Of a DNA stretch of 64,000 nt, positions 37,071 through 46,864 are shown one piece after another (position 1 is the first letter of the stretch; every line of letters starts with the position of its first letter). The stretch is taken from positions 16,683-80,682 of the forward strand of contig JAGCFD010000035.1 of NCBI GenBank assembly GCA_017650305.1, written 5' to 3'. The translations under genes were made by a program, and so were the position numbers. This DNA comes from Bacteroidales bacterium. Lineage in GTDB: Bacteria > Bacteroidota > Bacteroidia > Bacteroidales > WCHB1-69. Below the pieces are notes generated by a model. It had not been told where the DNA came from and did not search any database. It worked only from the letters and a program-made list of their open reading frames with translations.

Positions 37071-38828
37071 ATGCTAAGAACAACCTGTATCTTATTGATA
37101 TCTATATTGTTGTGCTTCTCTTCCCTGATGGCACAAAATCCGAATAAAAACTTCCAGCCCAACAAAATGAAGATGGACCAGCTGCTGAACTCCATCAACA
37201 CGATGTATGTGGATACGGTGGATTTCGATCCGCTCGTCGACAAGGCCGTGGTGGAGATGCTCAAGGAACTGGATCCCCATACCGCCTTCATCCCCAAGAA
37301 GGATGTGGCCGCCATGAACGAACCTCTTCAAGGCTCTTTCGATGGCATCGGCGTGACATTCCAGCTCATCAAAGACACGATCACCGTGATGGAGGTTATC
37401 ATTGACGGCCCAGCCGAGAAAGTGGGTCTCATTGCTGGCGATAAGATCGTCCGTGTGGATGATACGGTCGCTTGTGGCGAGAAGATCACCAACGATTGGG
37501 TGCGCAAACATCTCCGCGGCAAGAAGGGGTCCAAGGTGAAAGTCGGCATTATCCGTGGCCGAAATCCTGAAATCCTCGACTTCACCATCACCCGCGGCGC
37601 CATCCCCATGTACAGCATCAATGTGAGCTTCATGGTCAATGAGACTACGGGCTATGTTAAACTCGAACGCTTTGCTGCCACCTCCACCGACGAGCTCGTC
37701 AAAGCCATCAACAAACTCAAGGCCGAAGGTATGAAGGATCTCATCCTAGACCTCCGCGGCAACGGTGGCGGCTATCTGAACACTGCCTTCGAGATCTGCG
37801 ACCAGTTCATCGCCGGTGTCAAGACCATCGTCTATACCGACAACTTCCGCAAGACAGGCGAGAAATTCACCTCTGGCAAGGCCGGCGTCTTTGAGGAGGG
37901 CAAACTGATCGTGCTGGTGGATGAAAACTCCGCCTCTGCTTCCGAAATCACATCTGGATGTGTCCAAGACTGGGATCGCGGTCTTGTCATCGGTCGCCGT
38001 ACCTTCGGCAAGGGCCTCGTCCAGAAACCTCTCAACCTGGCCGATGGTTCACAGGTGCGTCTCACCATCTCCCACTATTACACCCCCACGGGCCGCTGCA
38101 TACAGAAGCCCTACGACGATGGCCTGGATTCCTATTTCAAGGATATTCAACAACGTGCCAACCATGGTGAGCTCTACACCGCCGACAGCATCAAGTTCCC
38201 CGATTCACTCAAATACAAAACCCCGCGCGGCAGAGTGGTCTATGGCGGCGGCGGCATCATGCCCGACATTTTCGTGCCCCTCGACACAACCCGCTATTCC
38301 ACCCTCTATAATGAAATTGTCCGCAAAGGTATCTTCGGCTCCTATACCGCCGACTATCTCGAACAAAACAGAGAAAAACTCAAACGCCAATATCCTACAT
38401 TCGAAGATTTTGAGAAGAATTATGTCGTCTCAGACGCTCAATATGCCGAATTTATGGAGTTCGCTAAGAAAGAAGGCGTGAAAGACAGTGCCACTTTCAA
38501 ATTCTCCACCTATGCTGAAGCATTCCTCAAAACCAACAAGGAAAAACTCGATACACTCTTTACCTCTCCCCATTTTAGCACCTTGACCCTCGATACAATG
38601 TTCCAGAACTATGTAGATAAGAATTATGGCGAGGCGATGCGCCTCCGTAATGAGGAACACGTCGCCGAATATGTCAAGGACTATATGCGCTTTGAGATCG
38701 CCCGTGGGCTCTATGGCTATGGAGAAGCCTACCGCATCTTCCTCGAAACTGACGATACTTTTAAGAAGGCAGTGGAGATTATGGGCGATAAGAAAATATT
38801 TAGACATTTCAAGGTAGATACTAAATAA
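37071..38828 (+). CDS. S41 family C-terminal processing peptidase with PDZ domain
   Basis: DLRGNGGG, SASASEI, RTFGKGLVQ, YYTPTGR. Confidence 0.93.
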   Translation: MLRTTCILLISILLCFSSLMAQNPNKNFQPNKMKMDQLLNSINTMYVDTVDFDPLVDKAVVEMLKELDPHTAFIPKKDVAAMNEPLQGSFDGIGVTFQLIKDTITVMEVIIDGPAEKVGLIAGDKIVRVDDTVACGEKITNDWVRKHLRGKKGSKVKVGIIRGRNPEILDFTITRGAIPMYSINVSFMVNETTGYVKLERFAATSTDELVKAINKLKAEGMKDLILDLRGNGGGYLNTAFEICDQFIAGVKTIVYTDNFRKTGEKFTSGKAGVFEEGKLIVLVDENSASASEITSGCVQDWDRGLVIGRRTFGKGLVQKPLNLADGSQVRLTISHYYTPTGRCIQKPYDDGLDSYFKDIQQRANHGELYTADSIKFPDSLKYKTPRGRVVYGGGGIMPDIFVPLDTTRYSTLYNEIVRKGIFGSYTADYLEQNREKLKRQYPTFEDFEKNYVVSDAQYAEFMEFAKKEGVKDSATFKFSTYAEAFLKTNKEKLDTLFTSPHFSTLTLDTMFQNYVDKNYGEAMRLRNEEHVAEYVKDYMRFEIARGLYGYGEAYRIFLETDDTFKKAVEIMGDKKIFRHFKVDTK

Positions 38829-38831
38829 TCT

Positions 38832-40808
38832 ATGGCGAAAATTTCGCAGCGAACCATTGATGAAATCTATGCCTCCATGAAGATCGAGGAGGTGGTCGGT
38901 GACTTCGTCTCCCTGAAGAGACAAGGCAGCGGCTTTGTGGGCATTTGCCCCTTTCACGATGATCGCAACCCTTCCATGCACGTTACTCCCCGCTTGGGCA
39001 TCTATAAGTGCTTTGTCTGCGACGCCAAGGGCAACGCTATCAACTTTTTGATGGAGCATGAGAAAATCACCTACCCTGAAGCACTCGAATATCTGGCCAA
39101 GAAATACAGCATCCCGATAGAATATGAACGGAAAGAGACGGAAGAGGAACGAGAACAACGCACCGAAAGGGAAAGCCTCTATCTCGTCAACGCCTTTGCC
39201 GAGAAGTTCTTCATGGACCAGCTGCGCAATACTGAAGAGGGACAGCTGATGGGTATGTCCTACTTCAAGGAGCGCGGTTTCAAAGACAGTACCCTCGACC
39301 AGTTCCATCTCGGCTACTGCCCCGACAAGTGGGATGCCTTTACCTCGGAAGCGCTGAAACAAGGCTACCAAGAGGAGTTCTTGCTGAAACTCGGTCTCAC
39401 ACACAAGTCTTCCAATGGTAAACTGTACGACTTCTATCGCGGGCGCGTCATCTTCCCTATCCATAATGTCTCCGGCAAGGTGATCGGCTTCGGCGGACGC
39501 GTTCTCAAGAAGGACGAGAAGACGGCCAAATACTACAACTCCCCCGAGAACGAGATTTACCACAAGAGAGAAACGCTCTACGATATCTATCTGGCCAAGA
39601 AAGCCATCCGTGCCGCTGACAATATCTATCTCGTGGAAGGCTACACCGATGTCATCTCCATGTTTGAGTCGGGTATTGAGAATGTCGTGGCCTCCTCCGG
39701 CACATCCCTGACCGAGGAGCAGATCCATATCCTCTCCCGCCAAAGCAAGAATATCACGGTCCTCTATGATGGCGACAGAGCCGGCATCAAAGCCTCCCTG
39801 CGCGGTATCGACTTGCTGCTTAACAAGGGAATGAATGTCAAGGTCTGCCTCCTGCCAGATGGCGAAGACCCGGACTCCTTCGCTAAAAAACACCGCGATA
39901 GCGAACTGAAGGAATACCTTGAGCAAAACACCACCGATTTTCTGATCTTTAAGGCACAGATCTTGTCGGAAGATGCAGGAAACGATCCTGTGAAACGTGC
40001 CGCGATGGTCAGCGATATGCTTAAATCCATCGCTGGTATCCAAGACAATATTGTTCGCGCTTTCTACGTGAAAGAGTGTTCCCGACTTTTCAACCTGCCC
40101 GAGGAGACACTTAATACCGAGCTCAAACGCGTGGTGTGGGCCAACATGCGCTCCGCCAAGAGCTCCCCGACCTCCCCTGAGCCGGCTCCCGATTACATCC
40201 CTCATATAACCATTACCGTTCCAAAACAGGAAGAGCCTCGTGGCGATAAACTCTATGAGTCTGAAAAGAATCTCCTCGTACTGATGCTTCAATATGGTTA
40301 TTATGAGATATTCAAAGAACAAGAAGGTGAAAAGGTGCCTATCCGTATTGACCAATATATCTGCGATGAACTTTTTAACGATAATATTATTCTGAAAAGT
40401 CCAGTTGTGGCACGAACCTTTGATGCCTACGTGAAGAGCGCTGAGGTCATCAAAGACCAGACTGCTGTCCAGAAAGCGCTGCTGATGAGCGAGGATTCGG
40501 AGGTACGCAATTTCGTGATTGAAAATCTGCCCACGGAGATTCCCACCGTGAGTCCCAACTGGGAAGATCGATACGACTTGCAGATCTTCTCTATGCATGA
40601 TAATGTGACGGTCCTTCAGCAAGAAGTCCAGAATGTGCTGCTGAATCTCAAGTTCAGAGTGGTGGAGGAGACTATCGAATATATAGAGTCGCAACTGAAA
40701 GAGCCGGATTTGGAGGAAGCCGACACGGAATTGCTTCTTGGCTATATGTGTGAACTCCTGCAAACCCGAAAGGCTATCACTACATTGTTAAACCGTACTG
40801 TGAGTTAA
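38832..40808 (+). CDS. dnaG: DNA primase
   Basis: CPFHDD..CFVC zinc finger, KYYNSPE, VEGYTDV, YDGDRAG TOPRIM. Confidence 0.97.
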   Translation: MAKISQRTIDEIYASMKIEEVVGDFVSLKRQGSGFVGICPFHDDRNPSMHVTPRLGIYKCFVCDAKGNAINFLMEHEKITYPEALEYLAKKYSIPIEYERKETEEEREQRTERESLYLVNAFAEKFFMDQLRNTEEGQLMGMSYFKERGFKDSTLDQFHLGYCPDKWDAFTSEALKQGYQEEFLLKLGLTHKSSNGKLYDFYRGRVIFPIHNVSGKVIGFGGRVLKKDEKTAKYYNSPENEIYHKRETLYDIYLAKKAIRAADNIYLVEGYTDVISMFESGIENVVASSGTSLTEEQIHILSRQSKNITVLYDGDRAGIKASLRGIDLLLNKGMNVKVCLLPDGEDPDSFAKKHRDSELKEYLEQNTTDFLIFKAQILSEDAGNDPVKRAAMVSDMLKSIAGIQDNIVRAFYVKECSRLFNLPEETLNTELKRVVWANMRSAKSSPTSPEPAPDYIPHITITVPKQEEPRGDKLYESEKNLLVLMLQYGYYEIFKEQEGEKVPIRIDQYICDELFNDNIILKSPVVARTFDAYVKSAEVIKDQTAVQKALLMSEDSEVRNFVIENLPTEIPTVSPNWEDRYDLQIFSMHDNVTVLQQEVQNVLLNLKFRVVEETIEYIESQLKEPDLEEADTELLLGYMCELLQTRKAITTLLNRTVS

Positions 40809-40813
40809 TATTT

Positions 40814-41743
40814 ATGAAACTGAAAGTGGATTTGAAAAACATCAATTGGAAGGAAACCCTGAAGACCTATCTGCTTATTGTCTTGGGCACGTTCATCATG
40901 TCCGTTGGTTTTGTGGTCTTCATCTCCCCGTTGAAACTTGCTCCGGGAGGTGTCTATGGTATCGCTATTATCTTGCACCATGTCTTTAATTTCCCCATCG
41001 GTCTTTCTGGTATATGCCTGGACCTTCCTCTACTGCTGATAGGAACGCTGTGGCTTGGGCCGAGATTTGGTGTTAAGACATTGGTAGGCGTCATTACTCT
41101 TCCGGCATTCATCTCTTTATGGGAAAAAATATATGGATATGCCCCGCTTATTGCCATGGCAAGCGATCCCATGTCGCCAGACCCGTCCGCAACCTTCATC
41201 TTGGCACTCTTTGGCGGAGTCCTCATCGGTCTCGGACTCGGTTTGATCTTCAAGACCCGCGCTACCTCGGGTGGTACCGACATCATCGCCATGATCATCG
41301 GCAAATATGTGAAGCATATTCCCTTGGGCACCCTGCTCATAATCGTCGACTCTACCATCGTGCTCGCAGCCCTCGCTGTCTTCAAGGATTGGACCGTGCC
41401 CCTCTACTCATGGCTCGTCATCTATGTGACAGGCGTGGTTATGGACAAGGTCATCGCTGGATTCTCTTCCAACAAAGCCGTGCTCATCATCTCGGACCAG
41501 TACGAGGAGATTCGCCAACATATCTTTGACGAACTTGACCGCGGCGGCACCTACCTCAATGGCGAAGGTATGTATAACCACGATGAGAAAAAGGTGATTT
41601 TCACATCTATCTCCCCGAAACAATTACCGATATTGATACATTTTGTACATGAAATAGATCCTAAAGCCTTTATCTCCATTTTAGATGCGTCTGAGACCCT
41701 TGGAGATGGTTTTATGTCTTTGAAAGAGAAAGCTTTACAATAA
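40814..41743 (+). CDS. YitT family membrane protein
   Basis: LAPGGVYG, ATSGGTDIIA, C-terminal IDPKAFI...GDGF. Confidence 0.9.
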   Translation: MKLKVDLKNINWKETLKTYLLIVLGTFIMSVGFVVFISPLKLAPGGVYGIAIILHHVFNFPIGLSGICLDLPLLLIGTLWLGPRFGVKTLVGVITLPAFISLWEKIYGYAPLIAMASDPMSPDPSATFILALFGGVLIGLGLGLIFKTRATSGGTDIIAMIIGKYVKHIPLGTLLIIVDSTIVLAALAVFKDWTVPLYSWLVIYVTGVVMDKVIAGFSSNKAVLIISDQYEEIRQHIFDELDRGGTYLNGEGMYNHDEKKVIFTSISPKQLPILIHFVHEIDPKAFISILDASETLGDGFMSLKEKALQ

Positions 41744-41747
41744 ATTA

Positions 41748-42047
41748 ATGATGAGAGAAAAAGTAATTCAAGTTCTGCAAGATATCTATGACCCTGAAAT
41801 TCCAGTCAACGTCTGGGAGTTGGGTTTTATATACAAGTTGGAAGTGAATGACCATAACGATGTCTATATCTTGATGACATTGACAGCCCCTAACTGCCCG
41901 GTGGCAGAGTCACTCCCTATGGAGGTGCAGACCCGCGTGCAGATGATTCAAGGCGTGAATAAGGTGGTGGTGGACATCACATTCGATCCCCCCTGGGAGA
42001 TGTCGATGATGTCGGATGCTGCCAAAATTGAACTGGGATTGTTTTAA
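41748..42047 (+). CDS. DUF59/SufT-like Fe-S cluster assembly protein
   Basis: YDPEIPVNVWELG, MTLTAPNCP, FDPPW. Confidence 0.92.
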   Translation: MMREKVIQVLQDIYDPEIPVNVWELGFIYKLEVNDHNDVYILMTLTAPNCPVAESLPMEVQTRVQMIQGVNKVVVDITFDPPWEMSMMSDAAKIELGLF

Positions 42048-42050
42048 GAC

Positions 42051-42085
42051 AGCTGTTAGCCATTGGCTATTGGCTGTTAGCTGAG
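42051..42085. repeat. Degenerate heptamer array (AGCTGTT AGCCATT GGCTATT GGCTGTT AGCTGAG) at convergent gene junction
   Basis: Read directly; overlaps hydF stop. Confidence 0.75.
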
Positions 42086-43266
42086 AGTGGAGGTCGTTGG
42101 ACAAATGGTTTGACGGCCCGGTCAAAGATGCCGTTGAGGTAGGCGATGGCCATGCCATAGTTGCTGACCGGGATTCCTCTCTCCACCGCCGGTTTCAGCC
42201 TGTTTATGAGTTGCCGATGCGTGATCATGCATCCGCCACACTGTATCACCATGGCGTATTGCTTGATGTCGGGGATGGCGTCTAAGCCAGCCACAAAATC
42301 AAAGTGCAACTGCTTTCCTGTATGACGCTGGATCCAGGCCGGTAACTTGTGACGCCCGATGTCGTCGCATGAGGTGCGGTGCGTGCACGACTCCAACATG
42401 AGCACGCGGTCACCGTCCTGCAGTTGATCTATGTGCGGAGTGCCCTCCAAATAGTGGATAAAGTCGCCCTTGTGGTGCGCCAGCACAATGCTGAAACCCG
42501 TCAGCGGCACCTCCTCCGGCACTAACGGCGCCACCCGGCTGAACATCTGACTGTCGGTGATGACTAACTTCGGCGCTTCGTGCGTGTCGAGATAACGCCT
42601 TAACAGGTCCTCTTTCAGCACTACGGAGATGGCATCGTGGTCCAAGACGTCCCGAATCATCTGTACCTGCGGCAATATCAATCTCCCCTCAGGAGCTTCA
42701 GTGTCGATAGGGGTGACCAACACAACGGTGTCGCCTTCCCCAATAAGATCACCCAACAACGAATGCGAGATGTATGCCGATGGCGGCATGATCTTGATCA
42801 TCTCCTCTATCATGCGGTCAATGCCTTCGAGCGTCTTGGCACTTACATCGCAGACTGGAAAGGGCAACGCTGGCAGCGGTGCGGCAATGGTGTCGCATTT
42901 GTTGTTGACTACTAAATAGGGGATGGCATACTCCTCAAATTGCTTGACGAGCTTCTCCTCCGGCTCGCCAAAGTCGCGGTTTGTGATGACTAACAACGCC
43001 AAGTCAATCTGCTTCAAGACTTCCAGGCTCTTCTGGATGCGCTTTTGGCCAACCTCACCCACATCATCGATGCCGGCCGTGTCAATGAGAACCACCGGCC
43101 CGATGCCAAAAATCTCGATGGACTTCTTGACGGGGTCTGTGGTGGTGCCCGCCATCGAGTCCACAATGGCAAGGTCCTGTCCTACAATGGCATTGATCAA
43201 CGAACTCTTGCCGTTGTTGCGCCGGCCAAAGATGCCGATGTGCGGTTTGTTTTCTCTTCCTTTCAT
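42067..43266 (-). CDS. hydF: [FeFe]-hydrogenase maturation GTPase HydF
   Basis: GRRNNGKSS, DTAG, NKCD, PEGRLILPQ, ESCTH, QCGGCM. Confidence 0.93.
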   Translation of the reverse strand: MKGRENKPHIGIFGRRNNGKSSLINAIVGQDLAIVDSMAGTTTDPVKKSIEIFGIGPVVLIDTAGIDDVGEVGQKRIQKSLEVLKQIDLALLVITNRDFGEPEEKLVKQFEEYAIPYLVVNNKCDTIAAPLPALPFPVCDVSAKTLEGIDRMIEEMIKIMPPSAYISHSLLGDLIGEGDTVVLVTPIDTEAPEGRLILPQVQMIRDVLDHDAISVVLKEDLLRRYLDTHEAPKLVITDSQMFSRVAPLVPEEVPLTGFSIVLAHHKGDFIHYLEGTPHIDQLQDGDRVLMLESCTHRTSCDDIGRHKLPAWIQRHTGKQLHFDFVAGLDAIPDIKQYAMVIQCGGCMITHRQLINRLKPAVERGIPVSNYGMAIAYLNGIFDRAVKPFVQRPPLSANSQ

Positions 43267-44540
43267 GCTTCAACAGTGCCAAAAAGATCGTATGGGGCAG
43301 CCTCCGTGATCTTCACTTGGTAAAACCCTCCAATCGTTAATGGATGCTCTTTGGTGATAAACACCAGGTTGTCCACATCCGGCGAGTCAAACTCGGTGCG
43401 GCCCACGTAGAAGTCTTCTTCTTCAGCATCCACGATGACTTTTAACGTCTGTCCCACCTTTTCTTCGTTAAAGGCTAAGGAGATCTCCTCCTGCAACTTC
43501 ATGATGTCGTTGTATCGCTTGGTTTTGACAGACTTCTTGATGGGGTCGCCCAACTCGTAGGCAGGCGTGTGCTCCTCCTGAGAATAGGTGAAAGCCCCCA
43601 ATCGCTCAAAACGCGCCTTGCGAATGAAATCCAGCAACTCCTTGTGTTGCTCGTGCGTCTCTCCGGGATAACCAGTGATGAGCGTGGTTCGTAACGCAAT
43701 GCCCGGCACCCGGTCCCTAATGGTCTCTATCAGCTGGTGAATGTAACGCGAACTGCCCCCGCGCCGCATGCTCTTCAAGATCTCATCGCTGATGTGCTGT
43801 ACCGGAATGTCCAAGTAATGGCAGAACTGCGGATATTTGTTCATCACATCCAGAATCTCAACAGGGAAGTTGAGCGGATAGGTGTAGTGCAAACGAATCC
43901 ACTCGATGCCTTTGACCTGCGCCAAAGCCTCCATCAGTTTTGCCAACTCCTGCTTGCCCGTAAGGTCCACCCCGTAATAGGTGAGGTCCTGGGCAATCAG
44001 CATGATCTCCTTAACCCCTTGGTCTGCAAGCTTCTGCGCCTCCTCTACCACCATGGGAATAGGTTTGGATTCCTGCTTGCCACGGATGAGAGGGATGGAA
44101 CAGTATGAACATTGATGGTCACAACCCTCTGAAATCTTGAGGTAGGCATAATGGCGCGGAGTGGAAAGCAACCGGTCCGTGCTGCCCAACAACTGGAAAT
44201 CTTCGGAGTTTAACATGTCCGCCAACTCGTCAAAGCTGTAGTAACCGTCCACCTCCGGGACCGAATCCAGCAACTCCGGCTTGAAACGCTTCACTAAGCA
44301 TCCTACCACAAAGATCTTTTTGACTTGACGGCGCTTCTTGCGCTCAACCTGGGCCAAGACTTCGTTGACCGACTCCTCACGAGCATCACCGATGAATCCG
44401 CACGTGTTGATGATGACCACATCGGATTTTTCGGGACTTTCGTAAACTACCCGGTGACCCTGCTTCTGCAACTGCGAAGCAATGACCTCCGAATCCACTA
44501 CGTTTTTTGAACAACCAAGCGTGATGATGTTGAATGTCAT
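43263..44540 (-). CDS. rimO: Ribosomal protein S12 methylthiotransferase RimO
   Basis: LGCSKNVVDSE, NTCGFI, KISEGCDHQCSYCSIP radical SAM, TRAM domain. Confidence 0.95.
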   Translation of the reverse strand: MTFNIITLGCSKNVVDSEVIASQLQKQGHRVVYESPEKSDVVIINTCGFIGDAREESVNEVLAQVERKKRRQVKKIFVVGCLVKRFKPELLDSVPEVDGYYSFDELADMLNSEDFQLLGSTDRLLSTPRHYAYLKISEGCDHQCSYCSIPLIRGKQESKPIPMVVEEAQKLADQGVKEIMLIAQDLTYYGVDLTGKQELAKLMEALAQVKGIEWIRLHYTYPLNFPVEILDVMNKYPQFCHYLDIPVQHISDEILKSMRRGGSSRYIHQLIETIRDRVPGIALRTTLITGYPGETHEQHKELLDFIRKARFERLGAFTYSQEEHTPAYELGDPIKKSVKTKRYNDIMKLQEEISLAFNEEKVGQTLKVIVDAEEEDFYVGRTEFDSPDVDNLVFITKEHPLTIGGFYQVKITEAAPYDLFGTVEA

Positions 44541-44694
44541 AATTGAAATACTTTCAAAACAAAGCGCAAAAATAATAAAAATGCAGGATAGACAACCTCT
44601 CTGTTTGACAATAGAAGGCTGAGTTCTATGAATGATGAAAAACGCTTTTTTTGTAGCACAAGGCGTTAATGTGCTGAGATGCTTTATTTTTTTG

Positions 44695-44702
44695 TATTTT
44701 TG
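44695..44702 (+). promoter_or_regulatory. Bacteroidota -7 promoter element (TATTTTTG) for glycosylation cassette
   Basis: TAnnTTTG in divergent intergenic region. Confidence 0.5.
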
Positions 44703-44803
44703 CCTGCTAATAACTTTATCTGCGAATACTGTCGTTTTTACTGCAGCTCAAAGAAAGTTGGTCGGAGAATTTAACTTTTATAGTTCGTAAATATATAGCT
44801 GAT

Positions 44804-45934
44804 ATGCATTTTGATAGAATTATTATAGGTGCGGGTCTTTATGGTTTGTATGCTGCTCTTTTTTGTGCAAAACGGAACCAGCACGTATTGGTTCTTGAAT
44901 GTGAAGATGCAGCATTTAAACGGGCTACTTTTATAAATCAAGCCCGAGTGCACATGGGCTATCATTATCCTCGCAGTTTTAGCACGGCAATAAAATCTGC
45001 CGGATATTTTAATCGTTTTGTTCGGGATTATGGCTTTTGCATACTGACGAAGTTTGACCAGGTGTATGCCACAAGCTCCAATTTCTCTTGGAGTGACGCC
45101 AAGGAGTTTAAGAAATTTTGTGAAGCTGCCCATATCCGTTGCGACGAAGTGCCCCCTTCCCGCTATTTTCAGGATGGGTGCTGCGATGGCGCATTCCTGA
45201 CGGAAGAATATACCTATGACGCACAGATATTGAAAAGTTATTTTCTGGAACAATTAAAGCAGTATCCTAACGTGGTCATCTCCTATGGCTCCCGCATTAC
45301 CAATCTGGCCAAACTGTCACAAACCTTTCAGCTGGAAGTTGAAATGAAGGACGGCAGACAGATCGTTGAGGCCCCCTTTGTCCTGAATGCAACGTATGCG
45401 TCAATAAACCAAATCCAGAATTTTCTCGGATATGAGATGTTCAAAATCAAATATGAACTTTGTGAGATAATACTGTGCGATGTGAACGAAAAACTCAAAG
45501 GCGTAGGCCTGACGGTCATGGATGGTCCCTTTTTCTCGATTATGCCTTTCGGGAAGACCGGATACCATTCGTTGACATCTGTGACCTTTACTCCGCATAT
45601 GGCTTGTAAGGAATCCCTTCCCAGATTCGATTGCCAGGAGCGTAGCGGAGGATTCTGCTCGCCCTTGCAATTGGGAAACTGTAACGACTGCCCGGCAAAA
45701 CCGGAATCCGCATGGCCTTATATGAGTCATCTCGCCCGAAAGTATATGAGAGAAGACTTCGCTTTTGAGTTCAACAGCACGCTCTTTTCTATGAAACCCA
45801 TTTTGTTGGCCTCTGAAATTGACGACAGCAGGCCAACGGTTGTCCGTGTCTTTTCTCAGGAGCCGACCTTCGTCAGCGTTCTTTCCGGAAAAATTAACAC
45901 TGTTTATGATCTTGATGAAATATTAAGCAAATGA
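44804..45934 (+). CDS. FAD-dependent oxidoreductase (DAO/L-2-hydroxyglutarate oxidase-like)
   Basis: IIIGAGLYG Rossmann motif, NQARVHMGYHYPRS, VMDGPF, SVLSGKI; Cys-rich insert. Confidence 0.85.
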   Translation: MHFDRIIIGAGLYGLYAALFCAKRNQHVLVLECEDAAFKRATFINQARVHMGYHYPRSFSTAIKSAGYFNRFVRDYGFCILTKFDQVYATSSNFSWSDAKEFKKFCEAAHIRCDEVPPSRYFQDGCCDGAFLTEEYTYDAQILKSYFLEQLKQYPNVVISYGSRITNLAKLSQTFQLEVEMKDGRQIVEAPFVLNATYASINQIQNFLGYEMFKIKYELCEIILCDVNEKLKGVGLTVMDGPFFSIMPFGKTGYHSLTSVTFTPHMACKESLPRFDCQERSGGFCSPLQLGNCNDCPAKPESAWPYMSHLARKYMREDFAFEFNSTLFSMKPILLASEIDDSRPTVVRVFSQEPTFVSVLSGKINTVYDLDEILSK

Positions 45935-46863
45935 AAATGGAATCTACTAAAGAAGTGAATTTTGTGTCAGCAGTAGTCTATTGCTGTAATGCTTCAACTA
46001 CAATTGGAAGTTTCGTTAAACATCTCGACGAAACACTCTCTGACAATTTCTTGAAATATGAGATTATAGTTGTCAATGACGCTTCAACTGACAATAGTGT
46101 TGACATTGTCAAAAGCCTTGAGGTAAATAAAGAAAGGTGCGTCATGACAATTGTCAATATGAGTCATCGCCAAGGGCTTGAATCTTCAATGAACGCAGGC
46201 GTGGATCTGTCTATAGGTGATTTTGTCTTTGAATTCGATGATCCTGTCCAGGATTTCGAATGGTCTATGCTGATGGACCTCTACCGCCATTCCCTCAAAG
46301 GATATGACATAGTGTCCGCTCGTCCCCAAAGAGGAACCAGACTGTCGTCCAAATTGTTCTATGCGTTGTTTAATCATTATGCAAATTTGCAGTATAAGAT
46401 ATCCACGGAGTCTTTTCGGGTTCTTTCCAGAAGAGCTATTAACAGAGTCCGGAATATCACAGAGCTGTCTCCTTATAGAAAAGCCTCTTATGCCAATAGC
46501 GGGATGGCAATGGATACCCTCCCATACGTTCCTAAGCTGAAAAAGAAAAAAGAAAAGTACTCGGATAGAAAATCCATGGCTGTGGATTCCTTGATCCTGT
46601 ACACCGACATCGCATATCATTTAACTGCCGGAATAGCACTCTTTATGTTCTTGGTGACTATCGGCTTTGCATTGTACGCGCTCTTCACGAAGATCTATTC
46701 GCATCCCGTTGAGGGCTGGACTACTACCATCCTGTTTATCGCGTTCGGATTTTCCGGCTTGTTTGTTATCCTGGCCATGATTCTCAAATATCTCCAGATA
46801 ATTGTCTCTTTGGTGTTTAAGAAAAAATACTACCTTTTTGAATCAATAGAAAAACTTCAATAG
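45931..46863 (+). CDS. GT2 polyprenol-phosphate glycosyltransferase-like (GtrB/ArnC-type) with two C-terminal TMs
   Basis: EIIVVNDASTDNS, FRVLSRRA, EGWTT between two TMs; DxD region atypical (EFDDP). Confidence 0.8.
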   Translation: MKMESTKEVNFVSAVVYCCNASTTIGSFVKHLDETLSDNFLKYEIIVVNDASTDNSVDIVKSLEVNKERCVMTIVNMSHRQGLESSMNAGVDLSIGDFVFEFDDPVQDFEWSMLMDLYRHSLKGYDIVSARPQRGTRLSSKLFYALFNHYANLQYKISTESFRVLSRRAINRVRNITELSPYRKASYANSGMAMDTLPYVPKLKKKKEKYSDRKSMAVDSLILYTDIAYHLTAGIALFMFLVTIGFALYALFTKIYSHPVEGWTTTILFIAFGFSGLFVILAMILKYLQIIVSLVFKKKYYLFESIEKLQ

Positions 46864-46864
46864 C

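Noticed and set aside
38430-40763. 777-aa antisense ORF overlapping dnaG
   Set aside because: Shadow frame of a codon-biased gene; no recognisable motifs, and the sense gene is an unambiguous primase
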